Shown: in pieces, positions 63,804 to 64,000 of the stretch | Position numbering within the stretch: the first letter of the stretch is position 1 | Layout of the letters: each line of letters begins with the position of its first letter | Origin: Octopus bimaculoides | Taxonomy: Eukaryota | Reading direction: 5' to 3' | Length of the DNA: 64,000 nucleotides | NCBI RefSeq assembly: GCF_001194135.2 | Contig: NC_068984.1 | Span: forward strand, 107,126,466-107,190,465 | The notes under the pieces: model-generated | Database searches by the model: none | Told to the model about the DNA's origin: nothing | What the model saw: only the letters and a program-made list of their open reading frames with translations | Position numbers and translations under genes: made by a program

Positions 63804-64000
63804 GGGATGCTGCAAGGGCTCATACGGCTGTAAAGATCAATTATTGATCAATAAAGCCATAACTGAAGACAGCCGCAGAAAGAAGAAAGGCCTCAGTATG
63901 GCCTGGGTGGACTACCAAAAGGCTTTCGACAGTGTTCCCCACACGTGGATTCTGGAAACACTAGCCATAAACAAGGTGGCACCAATTATCATAAAATACA
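63804..64000 (+). mobile_element. R4/Dong-clade LINE RT, 5'-truncated after (AAT)n, runs off the window
   Basis: Uninterrupted GCCKGSYGCKDQLLINKAI...LSMAWVDYQKAFDSVPHTWILETL. Confidence 0.92.

Overview
AT-rich eukaryotic non-coding DNA from a gapped draft assembly (13 N-gaps, most next to a microsatellite). The SINE families and microsatellite density look like an octopus or other coleoid cephalopod genome; this is from recall and not verified by a search. I could not identify an intact host gene, and the ORF track is mostly microsatellite, N-gap or transposon translation. The window is a layered deposit of mobile DNA. It holds more than 20 tRNA-derived SINE copies of about 4 families, about 10 R4/Dong-type LINE fragments clustered at (AAT)n tracts, an RTE LINE, a Penelope-like fragment, Tc1, two mariner and maT-like DD37 transposases, a terminally complete Chapaev3-like transposon (13-bp TIR, TTA TSD), MITEs and two Helitron relics. 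The most notable structures are: (1) a 256-bp, about 97% identical inverted repeat pair around 1.2 kb; (2) two elements (RTE and mariner) with a clean twin-priming-like 5' inversion; (3) stacked Dong copies sharing SINE-derived (ATT)n tails; (4) a degenerate minimal hammerhead-like motif; (5) a Helitron with an apparent CTAG-TC head-to-tail junction; (6) a 79-bp fold-back palindrome. A few phase-compatible + strand exon candidates are reported at low confidence. Coordinates of decayed repeats are approximate (about +/-20 bp) unless termini are quoted. I found no convincing novel multi-gene system.
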